Assembly (NCBI RefSeq): GCF_018350175.1
Contig: NC_058368.1
Location: 200,014,001-200,078,000, forward strand
DNA from: Felis catus
Lineage: Eukaryota
Direction of reading: 5' to 3'
Length of the DNA: 64,000 nt
Numbering within the stretch: position 1 is the first letter of the stretch; the number at the start of each line of letters is the position of its first letter. The notes below the pieces were generated by a model that did not search any database, was not told the origin of the DNA, and was given only the letters and a program-made list of their open reading frames with translations. Below are positions 63,726-64,000 of the stretch, in pieces. The position numbers and the translations under genes were made by a program.

Positions 63726-64000
63726 CCTTCTTGAATTCTTCTATACCACTGCCCTTATGGCCAACTTCAGAACATGCTGCTGCTTGTCCTGAGAATGTAA
63801 AAATTATTCATCTGTTATATAATCAGTTTTGGGGTCTAATAGTAGTGGTGGAAGAAGTGCAGGTGTTGAGAAGCTGAACAGAGAAATGGTGAAAAGAAAA
63901 GGAAATTTCAGGTAAAAACCAAGAGATAGGACAAGGAATTCTACTTATGATGGAAACAACTTAAGTGGTTCATGAATAAATAATTCATGACAATCTTAAC

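Noticed and set aside
1..64000. tRNA-like A/B-box sequences
   Set aside because: All lie in the tRNA-derived heads of Can-SINEs; I saw no standalone tRNA or other RNA gene.

Overview
AT-rich mammalian genomic DNA from a felid (dense tRNA-derived Can-SINE/SINEC_Fc copies and feline/carnivore L1 3' ends; probably cat) covering the 5' end of the ITGA1-PELO locus, with both genes on the minus strand. The first coding exon of ITGA1 (integrin alpha-1 signal peptide, 28146-28086) lies in a CpG island. Everything to its left is ITGA1 intron 1, which contains the complete two-coding-exon PELO gene (385 aa, 14912-14187 + 13903-13472) with its own CpG island and poly(A) signal. The right-hand ~35 kb is upstream intergenic DNA made of SINEs, L1, L2, MIR, MaLR LTRs and DNA-transposon relics. 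The most notable items are the same-strand nested gene architecture (possible shared first exon in which the ITGA1 start acts as a PELO uORF), a C/EBP-ATF (ATF4) element next to an NRF1 site at the PELO promoter, a decayed hAT transposase (~50.5-52.5 kb) that the ORF track misses, and several retrotransposition signatures. Repeat family names come from recognition by eye and their boundaries are approximate. I found no prokaryotic-type system such as CRISPR.
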